59,877 bases of DNA, taken from positions 1 through 59,877 of the IMG/VR virus record IMGVR_UViG_3300037504_001591; one strand, 5' to 3'. Shown piece after piece: positions 47,247-56,930 of the stretch. The notes below the pieces were generated by a model that had not been told where the DNA came from, searched no databases, and was given only the letters and a program-made list of their open reading frames with translations. Source of the stretch: a virus. Its lineage: Duplodnaviria; Caudoviricetes. The stretch's first letter is position 1, and every line of letters begins with the position of its first letter. Both the position numbers and the translations under genes were made by a program.

Positions 47247-47633
47247 TTATATACTAGGTATTACATCAACTTTTATATAATATTCACCTGCAACGGCTAC
47301 ATCCTCTAAAGCAACGGCGACAGCAGGTTGTCCTGCCGAAGGGGCTTTACCTTTACCTGTGGCATTAACAGTAACATTACCACCCTTTGTAAAAACATCT
47401 CCTGGCCCTGTTGCCATGAAAGATTCTCCTCTTGTAATAATAGAAACCTCATCATTTAGAACAGCATCTTGTTGTACAATACCTATAGATTTATTACCAG
47501 TAACTGCCACCACTATTTTACCATTTGCATCATATTTTACAAAAGTAAATTTTTCTAAAGTTCCTCCTGCTACTTCAGTTTTCACTTCTACCGCAGGACT
47601 TTTTGTTATAACACTTTTATATGTATAAGCCAT
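47247..47633 (-). CDS. DUF2190-like capsid decoration/cement protein
   Basis: IGIVQQDA..NDEVSIITRGES...AVALEDVAVAGE. Confidence 0.78.
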   Translation of the reverse strand: MAYTYKSVITKSPAVEVKTEVAGGTLEKFTFVKYDANGKIVVAVTGNKSIGIVQQDAVLNDEVSIITRGESFMATGPGDVFTKGGNVTVNATGKGKAPSAGQPAVAVALEDVAVAGEYYIKVDVIPSI

Positions 47634-47639
47634 TTTCTT

Positions 47640-48002
47640 CTATTCCTCCGTATCTTTATTAATATTATCGAATTCATCTATATTATCATTTTCTTTTTTC
47701 TTTTTCTTTTTCTTTTTAGGTTTATCTTTTTTAATTTCATTTTTTTCTTCTTCTTTTATTACTTTTTTATGTTCCCTTACTTTATCTATGTTAGTTTTTT
47801 TACAAGTTGATGCCAATTGAGTTATAAAGGTATATTCTTTATATGTAATTTCAAAAGGTATACTATTTTTATTTTCCAATGCCTCGATAATATCTTTTAT
47901 TCTTTTATCATCTTTTAATCTACTTTGAGCAATCTTAGTTTTTAATATAGCAAAATCAATTTTACTATCTAATTTGATTGCCATTTCATTTTTCTCTGCC
48001 AT
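47640..48002 (-). CDS. Hypothetical Lys-rich protein
   Basis: AAGGAG SD; poly-K C-terminus. Confidence 0.65.
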   Translation of the reverse strand: MAEKNEMAIKLDSKIDFAILKTKIAQSRLKDDKRIKDIIEALENKNSIPFEITYKEYTFITQLASTCKKTNIDKVREHKKVIKEEEKNEIKKDKPKKKKKKKKENDNIDEFDNINKDTEE

Positions 48003-48012
48003 TCAATTCTCC

Positions 48013-49767
48013 TTATTTTTTCCCGTTTTTAGGATTATTTTGCTCTGAAGTTTTACTTCCTTTTATATTTTTGGCTTCCCCAGGTGCTTTAGTTATTTGT
48101 TGAGCTCTTTCTTTTTGTTTCTCTTTTTCTTTTTGTCTAATATAATCTGGATCATCCTCATCCTCTATTTCACTATCATATTTAGGTGTTTCTTTAGTAG
48201 CTCCTATATCTTCTAATCTAGGATCATTTAAAGTACTATCTCTAATTTGATGTCTTAATTCTGGCGGTAATCCACCTAATATATTTCTATCTTTATCATA
48301 ATAAGCTCCTGTTGTTAAATTAATATCCATATCTTTAGGAATAGGTATTTTTAACTTTCTAAATAAATAAGCAACAGGATAAGGTAAATTTTGTCTAATA
48401 ATTGATAAATCTCTCTCTGTTTCCTTAATTTTTAATACATCATCATTTTTATCAAATTCGATAGTAGGAAAACTTTTTTCCTGTGGGAAATTCATTTTAA
48501 CCATAGGTTTTATCAAATAGTTGTTTATAGTAGCTTCCATACTCTTTAATAAAGAACTTGATTTATTATAGAATTGATCTTGCCTAATATAATCACTAGC
48601 GTAACTACCACCATTCTCTCTTGACATAGTTGCAGTTTGCCCTACAATTGCTATTTCTATTTCCCTATTTAAGTCATCAATAGCATGTTTAAAATCTTCA
48701 GTATCTCTAATAACTTCGGCAGCGGTTATTTCACTTCCTTCTGGTACTTGAATAGCTCCCTTAGATGCCATATATTTTAAAGCCTCAAACATTTGTATTC
48801 TTTCATCTTCTGTTTGAAACTTATGTATCATAATCGGATTTCCAAATCTTTCTAAAAACCTAAATCTAAATCTCCATACCATTCTTTTAAAATAATACAT
48901 CCAAAAGATTTTTTCACCTAATATGCTTTCGCCGTAAGGTTTTAACCTATTACCTCTATAAGCGTGAACTAAAAACTTTCCTCTAGGTAAAGGTTTTTTT
49001 TCTCCACCTATACCCGATTCATAATACATATTACCTTTCAAATCAAATCCAAAATGAACGGGATTACAATTCAAGAGGTTAATTGGAATAATATCACCTT
49101 TTACATTACTCCAAACAATCTCTTGAACGGAAAACCCTGGAACAATAGAAAAAGCCATTGTTTCAATAGCTTCAGCAAAATCTGGTAACTTTTCTCTTAA
49201 AACATTATCAACAAAATCTGCTACTTTATAACCTTTTTTTGAGGATATTGACGGAATGACTTCCCAACTTCTTGATATAATACTATCAACTAATGAGTAA
49301 ACTGCTGCGGATATATGTGTATCTTTTCTAACTAACTTTTCCCAAAAATTAACATCATTAATGTTAAATCCTGTATCACCTGTATTAATATTAACATTAA
49401 TATTATCTAAAACTTGGTTATTACCATAAAATAACTCATCTTTGATTATTTCATCATAAAAAACTCTATCAATCCATTTTTTTATTTCTTTTAATCTTTG
49501 TGTTTCATCCATATATAAACTTTTTTTTAATTCAAAAACATTATTAGGCATCTTAAACTCACCACGCCTAAATAAATCAAGGTTTTCTTTATATGGTATA
49601 ACTTCAGTTTCATAAAGAGTATCAACATATTCTCTTGCTTTTCTTTTTAATTCTTTAACATTTCGTCTTTTTTTAGTATAAACAGAAGGTACTTTAAAAT
49701 TGCTGGTAGATTTATTAGTTGTATGAGATTGTAAATTATTAAAGTCAATTATATAGTCTTTTTTCAT
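48013..49767 (-). CDS. Portal protein, DUF935 / Mu gp29-like
   Basis: DTHISAAV, GFSVQEIVW, PYGESIL, FLERFGNP, IVGQTAT...GGSYA. Confidence 0.9.
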   Translation of the reverse strand: MKKDYIIDFNNLQSHTTNKSTSNFKVPSVYTKKRRNVKELKRKAREYVDTLYETEVIPYKENLDLFRRGEFKMPNNVFELKKSLYMDETQRLKEIKKWIDRVFYDEIIKDELFYGNNQVLDNINVNINTGDTGFNINDVNFWEKLVRKDTHISAAVYSLVDSIISRSWEVIPSISSKKGYKVADFVDNVLREKLPDFAEAIETMAFSIVPGFSVQEIVWSNVKGDIIPINLLNCNPVHFGFDLKGNMYYESGIGGEKKPLPRGKFLVHAYRGNRLKPYGESILGEKIFWMYYFKRMVWRFRFRFLERFGNPIMIHKFQTEDERIQMFEALKYMASKGAIQVPEGSEITAAEVIRDTEDFKHAIDDLNREIEIAIVGQTATMSRENGGSYASDYIRQDQFYNKSSSLLKSMEATINNYLIKPMVKMNFPQEKSFPTIEFDKNDDVLKIKETERDLSIIRQNLPYPVAYLFRKLKIPIPKDMDINLTTGAYYDKDRNILGGLPPELRHQIRDSTLNDPRLEDIGATKETPKYDSEIEDEDDPDYIRQKEKEKQKERAQQITKAPGEAKNIKGSKTSEQNNPKNGKK

Positions 49768-50234
49768 TAATAGCTATTCTCCTCTGTAATATTTTCCCAG
49801 CTTTGTAAAGTACCTTCTGTAAATTTCTCTCTATCGAAAATATAGGAAACGTTGTTACTTTTGTAATTGTATCTTCGAGGAATACCTCTTAGTTTCTTTT
49901 TATTAGAAGCAAGATCCGATAGATCTAGTTTGCTACTGTCATAATAATATTCTTTTTCTTCCCTAGTAGCCCCTTGCTTCCTTAATAATAAAAAATAATA
50001 TGTTAAATTACAACATATTCTTATTAGTTGTTTATGCCTTATCTTTTTTAAATAATCCACATCATAAAGCATATCTAAATCCATATCCATCTCATCGGTA
50101 GCATCCGAGATACATTTTCTTATAACTTGTTCATCATCTTCAGTAAGAGAATCGGCAGAAGTTAAGTTAAGTAACTCATCATTAAACCTATATAACATAT
50201 CGTTATAAGTACAATAACCTCTAGTTTCCTCCAT
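49767..50234 (-). CDS. Head-tail adaptor, Mu gp36/DUF1320-like
   Basis: YCTYNDMLYRF...ISDATDEMD..L...Y...LIRICCNLTYYFL. Confidence 0.8.
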   Translation of the reverse strand: MEETRGYCTYNDMLYRFNDELLNLTSADSLTEDDEQVIRKCISDATDEMDMDLDMLYDVDYLKKIRHKQLIRICCNLTYYFLLLRKQGATREEKEYYYDSSKLDLSDLASNKKKLRGIPRRYNYKSNNVSYIFDREKFTEGTLQSWENITEENSY

Positions 50235-50274
50235 TTACTTCTGCCTCCAATTTAAAAATTAAAATTAATTTTTT

Positions 50275-51309
50275 TTATGTATGTAAGTTGTCTATTCTTG
50301 CTAAGCCCCATTTGTTAGCAACGTCTAAACTCCAATCACATGTAGCATAAACATTTTTAGCAAATCCGTGTTCATTCCATTTTTCCCAGAATTTTAAGAT
50401 TAATCTATTGTTATAGATAGCTTCAGCTGGAGTAGGTTTTGTTCTTGAATTAGGATCTATTTGTATCTTTGTAGAATTTTGATCTAAGAAATAAAATCTA
50501 AAGGCACTTCTGTTTCCAATTATATCACCTAAATAAATTCCATTTCCTACAGGTTCAATTGTAGCAAACATACAAACATCTGTATAGAAATCTGTATAAT
50601 TACCATCTATACCTGCTAATGTACTTAAGTTTATAACTTCAGGAACTTTTAAATATTTAGCTATTGCAACTTCAGTTATCTCTGGCTCTACCTTATCTGA
50701 CCAATAAGCCATATAATGATGATTTGCTTGTAACAAATCAATAACATCTTGACTCATAACAAGGTATCTAGGATTTGTACCCTGTCTAGTTCTATAAATT
50801 GTTTTTAATGTTTTGATGTCATCGGGAGGATTTGTACCCGCTGCTTGATCCCATTCTCTACCACCTGCTAGGGCATGAATACCATAATAAGTAGCTGTTC
50901 CATCATCATAATTATCATCATTAAATATTTCCGCACTCAAAGCCGCATGCATATTATACATTAAACCATCTGTTAAGTTATTAACAATATAACTTTCGGA
51001 TGACCTTTGTATCTTATTTAATCTAATTAGTCTATTTCTATCAATAGGTTCAAAAAGAGCATGGTTCTTTAACTCAATATCCCCAAATTTAAAATCTGAT
51101 CTTATTTCTTGGGGAGGTGCCCCATCAGCTCTTAAAGTATCAACTTTTGATAAATCAAGTCCTCTTGTAAACTTAGGTACTTGAACTCCTACATCATCAA
51201 GAACACTAGGCACAGCTATTGTAAATATTTCACCCATTTCTCTAAAGAGAGTAGCTATGGCTCTATTTGTAAGTGGAATGAGGACTTCGTTTAAATCTCT
51301 AGTTTCCAT
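50275..51309 (-). CDS. Major capsid protein (HK97 fold)
   Basis: 344 aa after protease/scaffold; EWDQAAGTNPPDDI...G.NPRYLVMSQDV motif. Confidence 0.88.
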   Translation of the reverse strand: METRDLNEVLIPLTNRAIATLFREMGEIFTIAVPSVLDDVGVQVPKFTRGLDLSKVDTLRADGAPPQEIRSDFKFGDIELKNHALFEPIDRNRLIRLNKIQRSSESYIVNNLTDGLMYNMHAALSAEIFNDDNYDDGTATYYGIHALAGGREWDQAAGTNPPDDIKTLKTIYRTRQGTNPRYLVMSQDVIDLLQANHHYMAYWSDKVEPEITEVAIAKYLKVPEVINLSTLAGIDGNYTDFYTDVCMFATIEPVGNGIYLGDIIGNRSAFRFYFLDQNSTKIQIDPNSRTKPTPAEAIYNNRLILKFWEKWNEHGFAKNVYATCDWSLDVANKWGLARIDNLHT

Positions 51310-51331
51310 TAATTAAACTCCTTGTTTTCTT

Positions 51332-52105
51332 TTATGAATTACTTTCTTCCCAAGCATTCTCTGCTTGATCTAAATATTGATTATAAAGATCTGTAGAATA
51401 TACTTTTTGTAGATCTACATTATTCTTTTTAGCCAAATCTCTTATATAATTAGCTAACCATTCTTGCTTATTTAAATCTGTTTTCTCTTTTATATCATTT
51501 TCTTGTACTGAAGATTTGTTATTTAACTCATCTATCATTGTAGGTAAGGCGGATCTAAAAACAAATTGTCTAAATAAAGATGATTGTGTTTCATCAAAAG
51601 ATTTATAAAGTGTTTCCAGATTTTCTGTACCATCTTCTTCCATTAATAACTGTGCTTTTGTTATATACCCGTCTCTTAATGCTTTTTCTTTGAATGTACT
51701 GTAACTTGTTAGTTTTAGGCTGCTTTCTAAATTATTTTTTTCTTTTTCTATCTCTGTAACTTTTGTTTGCAAATTAACATTTTTTTTCTTCAATTCGTCA
51801 TTAGCTTCTTTTTGAGCTTGTACTTGTTTGCTCAATTCCTGTATCTGTCTTTCAAGCACATCAAAATTATTTTTCTTTTCCATGTGGAAATTCTCCTTTA
51901 TCTCATTATTATTATCGAATTTATCGTCCGATAAATTTTCAATTTTTTCTTTAATTTCCTCTGTAGAAGATGCATCATTATCATTAGATAGCTTTACTTC
52001 ATTTTTAGTTTCTTTGTTTTCTATTTTAGTTTCTATCTCATCATTTAAGTTTGCTTCTTTTTTCGCATCGTTTTCTACAGCAGGGTCTTTTGTATCGGCA
52101 TTCAT
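51332..52105 (-). CDS. Nested in-frame scaffolding protein (257 aa, MNADTKD...)
   Basis: Internal AAAGGAGG-7nt-ATG in frame at the protease/coiled-coil boundary. Confidence 0.65.
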   Translation of the reverse strand: MNADTKDPAVENDAKKEANLNDEIETKIENKETKNEVKLSNDNDASSTEEIKEKIENLSDDKFDNNNEIKENFHMEKKNNFDVLERQIQELSKQVQAQKEANDELKKKNVNLQTKVTEIEKEKNNLESSLKLTSYSTFKEKALRDGYITKAQLLMEEDGTENLETLYKSFDETQSSLFRQFVFRSALPTMIDELNNKSSVQENDIKEKTDLNKQEWLANYIRDLAKKNNVDLQKVYSTDLYNQYLDQAENAWEESNS

Positions 52106-52858
52106 TTGATTGCCTCCTTTGTTAGTATTGAAAAAGAGTTGTACTTTTTTGTTGCTTAAAGCAAACTCTTTCATATAATTATTTATTTCAGTTGCATTGT
52201 TTAATTCTACAGTTTCACTGTTTCCAAAAACATGCTCTCCTAGAGTTAATCTATTATTAACTTTCGCATTTGCATCATAACCCTCGTAAACAACACTAAG
52301 CTCATTATAATCATATATATCATTTACAACTAATCTTACTACTTCATTATCGATTTCTTTACCTTGATTCATAAAAAACTCTGTTAATGATAAGTCGGGA
52401 TGCGAGGGTTTTATATTCCATTCCACACCAACAGAAAAAGAATTGATTATACCTGCTTCTAATCCTTTTATAATATCCCTATTAAAATCTGTTGAGAAAT
52501 CCGATTGGGGTTTAGGTACCTTAATTATTGCATTTATACCTTGAGGTGTTCCTTGATCATCCCATAATGTAGTTACTACATTACCTACCCAATGCTCTAC
52601 TATCTTCTCGTGATTCGCTAAAACTAATTTTCCTATTAATTTTTCTTTACTATTTTTTAATACATCTTCTTTTGTAACATCTATCCATATTGCTCTTTTT
52701 AATATATCTTTAGATAATGCCCTTGCATTATAATATAACCAATTCGGATCATTAGTATTAATAACAGCACTATTTGTAGTAATTAACTCCAGTTTTGAGG
52801 TTGTTCTACCTTTTACCTCAAATGCATTATCTTTTCTATCTATTCTAATATTTGTCAT
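51332..52858 (-). CDS. Prohead protease-scaffold fusion
   Basis: VLANH...VGNV, INSFSVG, ELSVVYEGYDANA, then acidic coiled coil; start moved to ATG 52858 behind AAGGAG. Confidence 0.82.
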   Translation of the reverse strand: MTNIRIDRKDNAFEVKGRTTSKLELITTNSAVINTNDPNWLYYNARALSKDILKRAIWIDVTKEDVLKNSKEKLIGKLVLANHEKIVEHWVGNVVTTLWDDQGTPQGINAIIKVPKPQSDFSTDFNRDIIKGLEAGIINSFSVGVEWNIKPSHPDLSLTEFFMNQGKEIDNEVVRLVVNDIYDYNELSVVYEGYDANAKVNNRLTLGEHVFGNSETVELNNATEINNYMKEFALSNKKVQLFFNTNKGGNQMNADTKDPAVENDAKKEANLNDEIETKIENKETKNEVKLSNDNDASSTEEIKEKIENLSDDKFDNNNEIKENFHMEKKNNFDVLERQIQELSKQVQAQKEANDELKKKNVNLQTKVTEIEKEKNNLESSLKLTSYSTFKEKALRDGYITKAQLLMEEDGTENLETLYKSFDETQSSLFRQFVFRSALPTMIDELNNKSSVQENDIKEKTDLNKQEWLANYIRDLAKKNNVDLQKVYSTDLYNQYLDQAENAWEESNS

Positions 52859-52868
52859 TAATAACTCC

Positions 52869-53696
52869 TTAAGTCCATAGTTGGACTTCGTCATTTAAGT
52901 CCAGGAACAGCTCTTCAGGTAAATAAAAAGTAAACACACTTCTTCTTAGTTTATCGGGTATTTCCTCACCAACTACTTGAATAAATGTAAGGTTTCCAGA
53001 TGAAGTATGACCTACACTTACTGTATTTATAGCATCTGCCTCAATAGTTTGTGAAATTACATTTCTTGATGATACGGATACGGAAGTTTGAACGGTTAGA
53101 GGATCATTTAAGAAATCTGCTTCATCCTGGCATTCCGTTTTAAAAGTTGCTAAGGATCCTGCGGGTATTTCAAGATTTATAAACTCCCCAGAGTTTAATG
53201 TAAAAACAATGTTAGGCTGTACACTTGCGTTTTCTGTAACAAAAAGACTTGAAGCATATACAAAAGGAATATCTCTAATAGTAATTTCATCTAATTTATC
53301 TATCTGATCTTCTGTTAAATAAATTTGTATAATTCTACTATAATTTCTTATCGGACTTGTGCGGATAAGAATATAAGGAGCATTTGTAGTAGGTTCTTTT
53401 GATACCTCAATTTTTCCTTCTTTATTACTGCTATCAATTATAAATGATTCTTCATCATTTAAATAACTTACCGAAGAAGATGAAACTGTAACCTCTGGTA
53501 ACATAAAGTATTGATTCATATCGGCTACTTCTTGTTTAAATGTAGCAAACTCTGTATCGTCAAATTGTATTATTGTACTTCCACTATCGTACATTATACT
53601 TAATTGATTTGTACCTAATCTATCTACAGTATAATCAACATTGAGCACTTGTGAACTAGGAATTCTATGATAAATTATTTTTTCTAATGCTCTCAT
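52869..53696 (-). CDS. Hypothetical virion-like protein with internal duplication
   Basis: ATFKQEVAD/ATFKTECQD and IYLTEDQIDKL/FYLPEELFLDL repeats. Confidence 0.65.
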   Translation of the reverse strand: MRALEKIIYHRIPSSQVLNVDYTVDRLGTNQLSIMYDSGSTIIQFDDTEFATFKQEVADMNQYFMLPEVTVSSSSVSYLNDEESFIIDSSNKEGKIEVSKEPTTNAPYILIRTSPIRNYSRIIQIYLTEDQIDKLDEITIRDIPFVYASSLFVTENASVQPNIVFTLNSGEFINLEIPAGSLATFKTECQDEADFLNDPLTVQTSVSVSSRNVISQTIEADAINTVSVGHTSSGNLTFIQVVGEEIPDKLRRSVFTFYLPEELFLDLNDEVQLWT

Positions 53697-53717
53697 ATTA
53701 ACTCCATTAAATTATTT

Positions 53718-54104
53718 TTAAATATTTTGAATTTTATCTAAAGCATTCAACATATCTTCTCTTATCATTGATCTTAAGTTAACTTTCAAGAAATCTTGTG
53801 TTCCTTTTTTTACTACCATCACTGTATTGTACATGTCATTCGAGTTATCAAAACCAATGTAACTTGCAGTAAACCTTGTTGAAGGATCCGCAGTTTTTTG
53901 TGCCCCTTGATCATCAACAGGATCTTCCTCATTTATAGCATTTAAAGTGTTTAAGTCTGTATATGCAGAAGTTGCTAAAGTTTTAGTAACAACCATAGTT
54001 ACACTTTTATCTTTACCTAGTATTACTATTTCCCCTCTTTCACTTCCAACTAAAGTTGAGGTAATGAAAGATACAATATTGACAGGCTGGTTAATTTCTA
54101 TCAT
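53718..54104 (-). CDS. Hypothetical protein
   Basis: AAGGAG SD; in late operon. Confidence 0.7.
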   Translation of the reverse strand: MIEINQPVNIVSFITSTLVGSERGEIVILGKDKSVTMVVTKTLATSAYTDLNTLNAINEEDPVDDQGAQKTADPSTRFTASYIGFDNSNDMYNTVMVVKKGTQDFLKVNLRSMIREDMLNALDKIQNI

Positions 54105-55419
54105 TTATTTCTCCTTTACCATAATATTCGGCTTGGTTTTTGGTATAATCTTCCCAAAAACCAATCATCTTTTTTAAATCCTTTTGAGATTTTACAATTC
54201 CTATATATTTTCTTTTAGTGTTTTCACAGGCTAAAAGATTATTACAATTTTTAGCATAAAACTCTAATACTATATCGTTTTCAATCGTGAATGTATTTAT
54301 TAAAGCCTTGTTATGACTTCTATTTACTTCATTTGTACTTTTCAACACATTAAATAAAGGTTTAAAGCCTTTATTGTCTCTCATATTTTTATGTTTTTCT
54401 TGTAGTAATATATTCATATCATTATCGTTGTATATCGTTTGTATTGTATAAATAGGTGAATCTCTATATTGAAAAACATCTATTGTGAAAAATCCATTAC
54501 TTAACTCTCCAAATTGTTTGCCATTATCTTCTATTATTATTATCGAATTTTTGTATTTGTAAAATTTTTTCAAGTATTCAATTAAATAGTAACTATAAGT
54601 AGACTTATGACCTGAAGATTTATTTATAATATTATGTGAGGTTAATAATAAAAAATTATTTTTCTTTTTTACTAATCTTGTTAAATAATCTAAAATACCT
54701 TTTATATAAACAGTAATTTGATTTTCTTTTATATTTTCAATTAAATCTACGGGTATATCAATTAAAATTAGATTAGCTTTTGGTATTATATTACTTATTT
54801 CCTCAATGTGTGTTTCATTAGCAGAATTATAACATAATAAGTAATTTTTACCTAATTTCCATATATCTCCTTCATTATATTTTCTATTATCTTTATCAAT
54901 TTCAATTTGAATTAAATCTGTATTATAAAATTGTTTTTCTAATTCAAAATTAAGACTTATTTCTTCTCTAGGCTCTGTTAAATACAATCTTAATTCTAAA
55001 GGAGAATAGCCAGTAACTTCTACTATCTCATCTTCAGTAATATCATAGTTATTTCTAATATCTCTAAGCAATTTTTTTGTTTTTTCTGGATTATCCGATC
55101 CTCGTAACTTGTTATAAGAAAGAGTAAGTAACTTTCTTTGAAGTTCATTTAACTGCTTTATTTTGGCTGGTATGTATTTATAACCTAGTTTCTTTACTGC
55201 TTTGTATCTATGTTCTCCATCTACAATTTCATAATTCCCATGAGATAAATAAGTAAGAATTATAGGCTCATCAAATCCATAAGTTTTGATATTTTCAACT
55301 AAAATATCAAATTTTTCTTTACTCATTACATTATTGTTATATTTATTAGGTTTTATTTTATTTAATGGAATTAATTTATAATTCTCATCTACTTCAAAAG
55401 TAACATCACTCATTACCAC
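54091..55419 (-). CDS. ParB/Srx N-terminal domain fused to a degenerate DNA methyltransferase domain
   Basis: IKPNKYNNN...GFDEPII...IVDGEHRY; GDIWKLGKNYLLC linker; DIPV and EFYAKNCNN in place of DPPY and FxGxG. Confidence 0.85.
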   Translation of the reverse strand: MVMSDVTFEVDENYKLIPLNKIKPNKYNNNVMSKEKFDILVENIKTYGFDEPIILTYLSHGNYEIVDGEHRYKAVKKLGYKYIPAKIKQLNELQRKLLTLSYNKLRGSDNPEKTKKLLRDIRNNYDITEDEIVEVTGYSPLELRLYLTEPREEISLNFELEKQFYNTDLIQIEIDKDNRKYNEGDIWKLGKNYLLCYNSANETHIEEISNIIPKANLILIDIPVDLIENIKENQITVYIKGILDYLTRLVKKKNNFLLLTSHNIINKSSGHKSTYSYYLIEYLKKFYKYKNSIIIIEDNGKQFGELSNGFFTIDVFQYRDSPIYTIQTIYNDNDMNILLQEKHKNMRDNKGFKPLFNVLKSTNEVNRSHNKALINTFTIENDIVLEFYAKNCNNLLACENTKRKYIGIVKSQKDLKKMIGFWEDYTKNQAEYYGKGEINDRN

Positions 55420-56930
55420 ATTTCTCCATGATAATCTCTAGTTTCAATTATAGAAACTGTAGAATTTAAAACTTTTCTAACTTTTTTAGCTTCATTACAG
55501 GCTGTTTCAAGGGCGTCTAATGAATCGTCTTTGTTCTTGGAGTTTCTTGCAAAAAACTCCATCTCAACATCAATCAACTTTCTCATATATTTATTTGCTA
55601 CATAGATAGATTTTGCAGGTAACCTTAATATACCACTATCTAGTAACCATTCTAAATTTTCTATTCTTGATTCTTTATGAGAATCATGATGTACTCCTAT
55701 AAAAGGTATGTAATCTTTATTATCAAAAGATTTCATTTTATAGTCATTAAAAATAGGCTCTGCATTATTAGTTTCAACTAATACTTTACTGGGTTTCCAT
55801 CTTTTATACATTGTTTTTATTTTAAAATATAATGTTGTAGTACTAATTTTATTATCATTATAAACATCAACTAAGTAAATGTAACCCTCAGCATCAATAC
55901 CAATAACAACAATAGCTCTATCATCACCCTTGCCTGTTGTGGAATATGCTAAATCAACTGCCATAATAGTTTTCTTCAACGGAGGCAACTCCGTATAAGC
56001 ATACTCACTTAAATATTTTTCTACATTAAAAGTAGCTGACCCTCTATTTTTTGGATGATTTAAATATTGAGATGAATAATAGGCATTTGATGCAACTGTT
56101 TCTCTAATAACATTTAATTGTTTATTAGAAATAATATGCGGGAAGGCACTCTCCCCTTTTGAGTTTTCGATAGATTTTGAGATTACTTCCCATTTCTTTT
56201 TTAATCTACTAGATCTTATGATTTGACCTGGTATATCATCATAATCCCATCTGGTACCTATGTATATTCTTTGCCCTTGTTTTTTCAATAAAGGAACTGT
56301 TGCATTAAAAAAGATATTATCTATATCTCTTTTAACTGCGTCAGAATTAGGATATGTATCTCCAATAATATCTTCAAAAATCATTAAATCGGCTCTATAA
56401 CCTTGTAACGAAGTTTCAATACCAAAAGCTAAAACATTAGGCTCTTTATCGGTAGTTGTTCTTGCTTTTAAGCATAGCTCTGATTTTGTATTTCTTCTTT
56501 TTGCTAAAATATCTTCTCCAAAAACTGCTTTAAAATCATTATGAGTATTCATAATTAATTTAGCCGCAGTTAAAATTTCTTTTGCTTTTGTAGACGTTTG
56601 AGAAAAAAGTAGGATTGTTTTATTAGGGCATTTAATACTATACCATATAATAAAAAGTTCGGCTAAGAATGTTTTTCCAAATTCTCTAGGTAATAAAATC
56701 ATTACATTTTTATCAAGAATTGTTAATAAATCACAAACCTCTTTATGAGGATTTTCCCATATAATTTTTTTCCCTGTTTCAAAACTTTTAATATTCATAA
56801 AATCATGGGCAAAATAAAAGAAGTCGTCTAAACACTTCTCTCGTAACATAGTATATATAGCTTTTGTTTTTGTTGGTGATATTTTAATCTTATTAACTAT
56901 TTTATCTAATATTTCTTTACTATCACTCAT
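55413..56930 (-). CDS. terL: Terminase large subunit
   Basis: LPREFGKT Walker A, GYRADLMIFEDI Walker B, IGTRWDYDD, nuclease AVDLAYS...DDSLDALE. Confidence 0.92.
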   Translation of the reverse strand: MSDSKEILDKIVNKIKISPTKTKAIYTMLREKCLDDFFYFAHDFMNIKSFETGKKIIWENPHKEVCDLLTILDKNVMILLPREFGKTFLAELFIIWYSIKCPNKTILLFSQTSTKAKEILTAAKLIMNTHNDFKAVFGEDILAKRRNTKSELCLKARTTTDKEPNVLAFGIETSLQGYRADLMIFEDIIGDTYPNSDAVKRDIDNIFFNATVPLLKKQGQRIYIGTRWDYDDIPGQIIRSSRLKKKWEVISKSIENSKGESAFPHIISNKQLNVIRETVASNAYYSSQYLNHPKNRGSATFNVEKYLSEYAYTELPPLKKTIMAVDLAYSTTGKGDDRAIVVIGIDAEGYIYLVDVYNDNKISTTTLYFKIKTMYKRWKPSKVLVETNNAEPIFNDYKMKSFDNKDYIPFIGVHHDSHKESRIENLEWLLDSGILRLPAKSIYVANKYMRKLIDVEMEFFARNSKNKDDSLDALETACNEAKKVRKVLNSTVSIIETRDYHGEMW

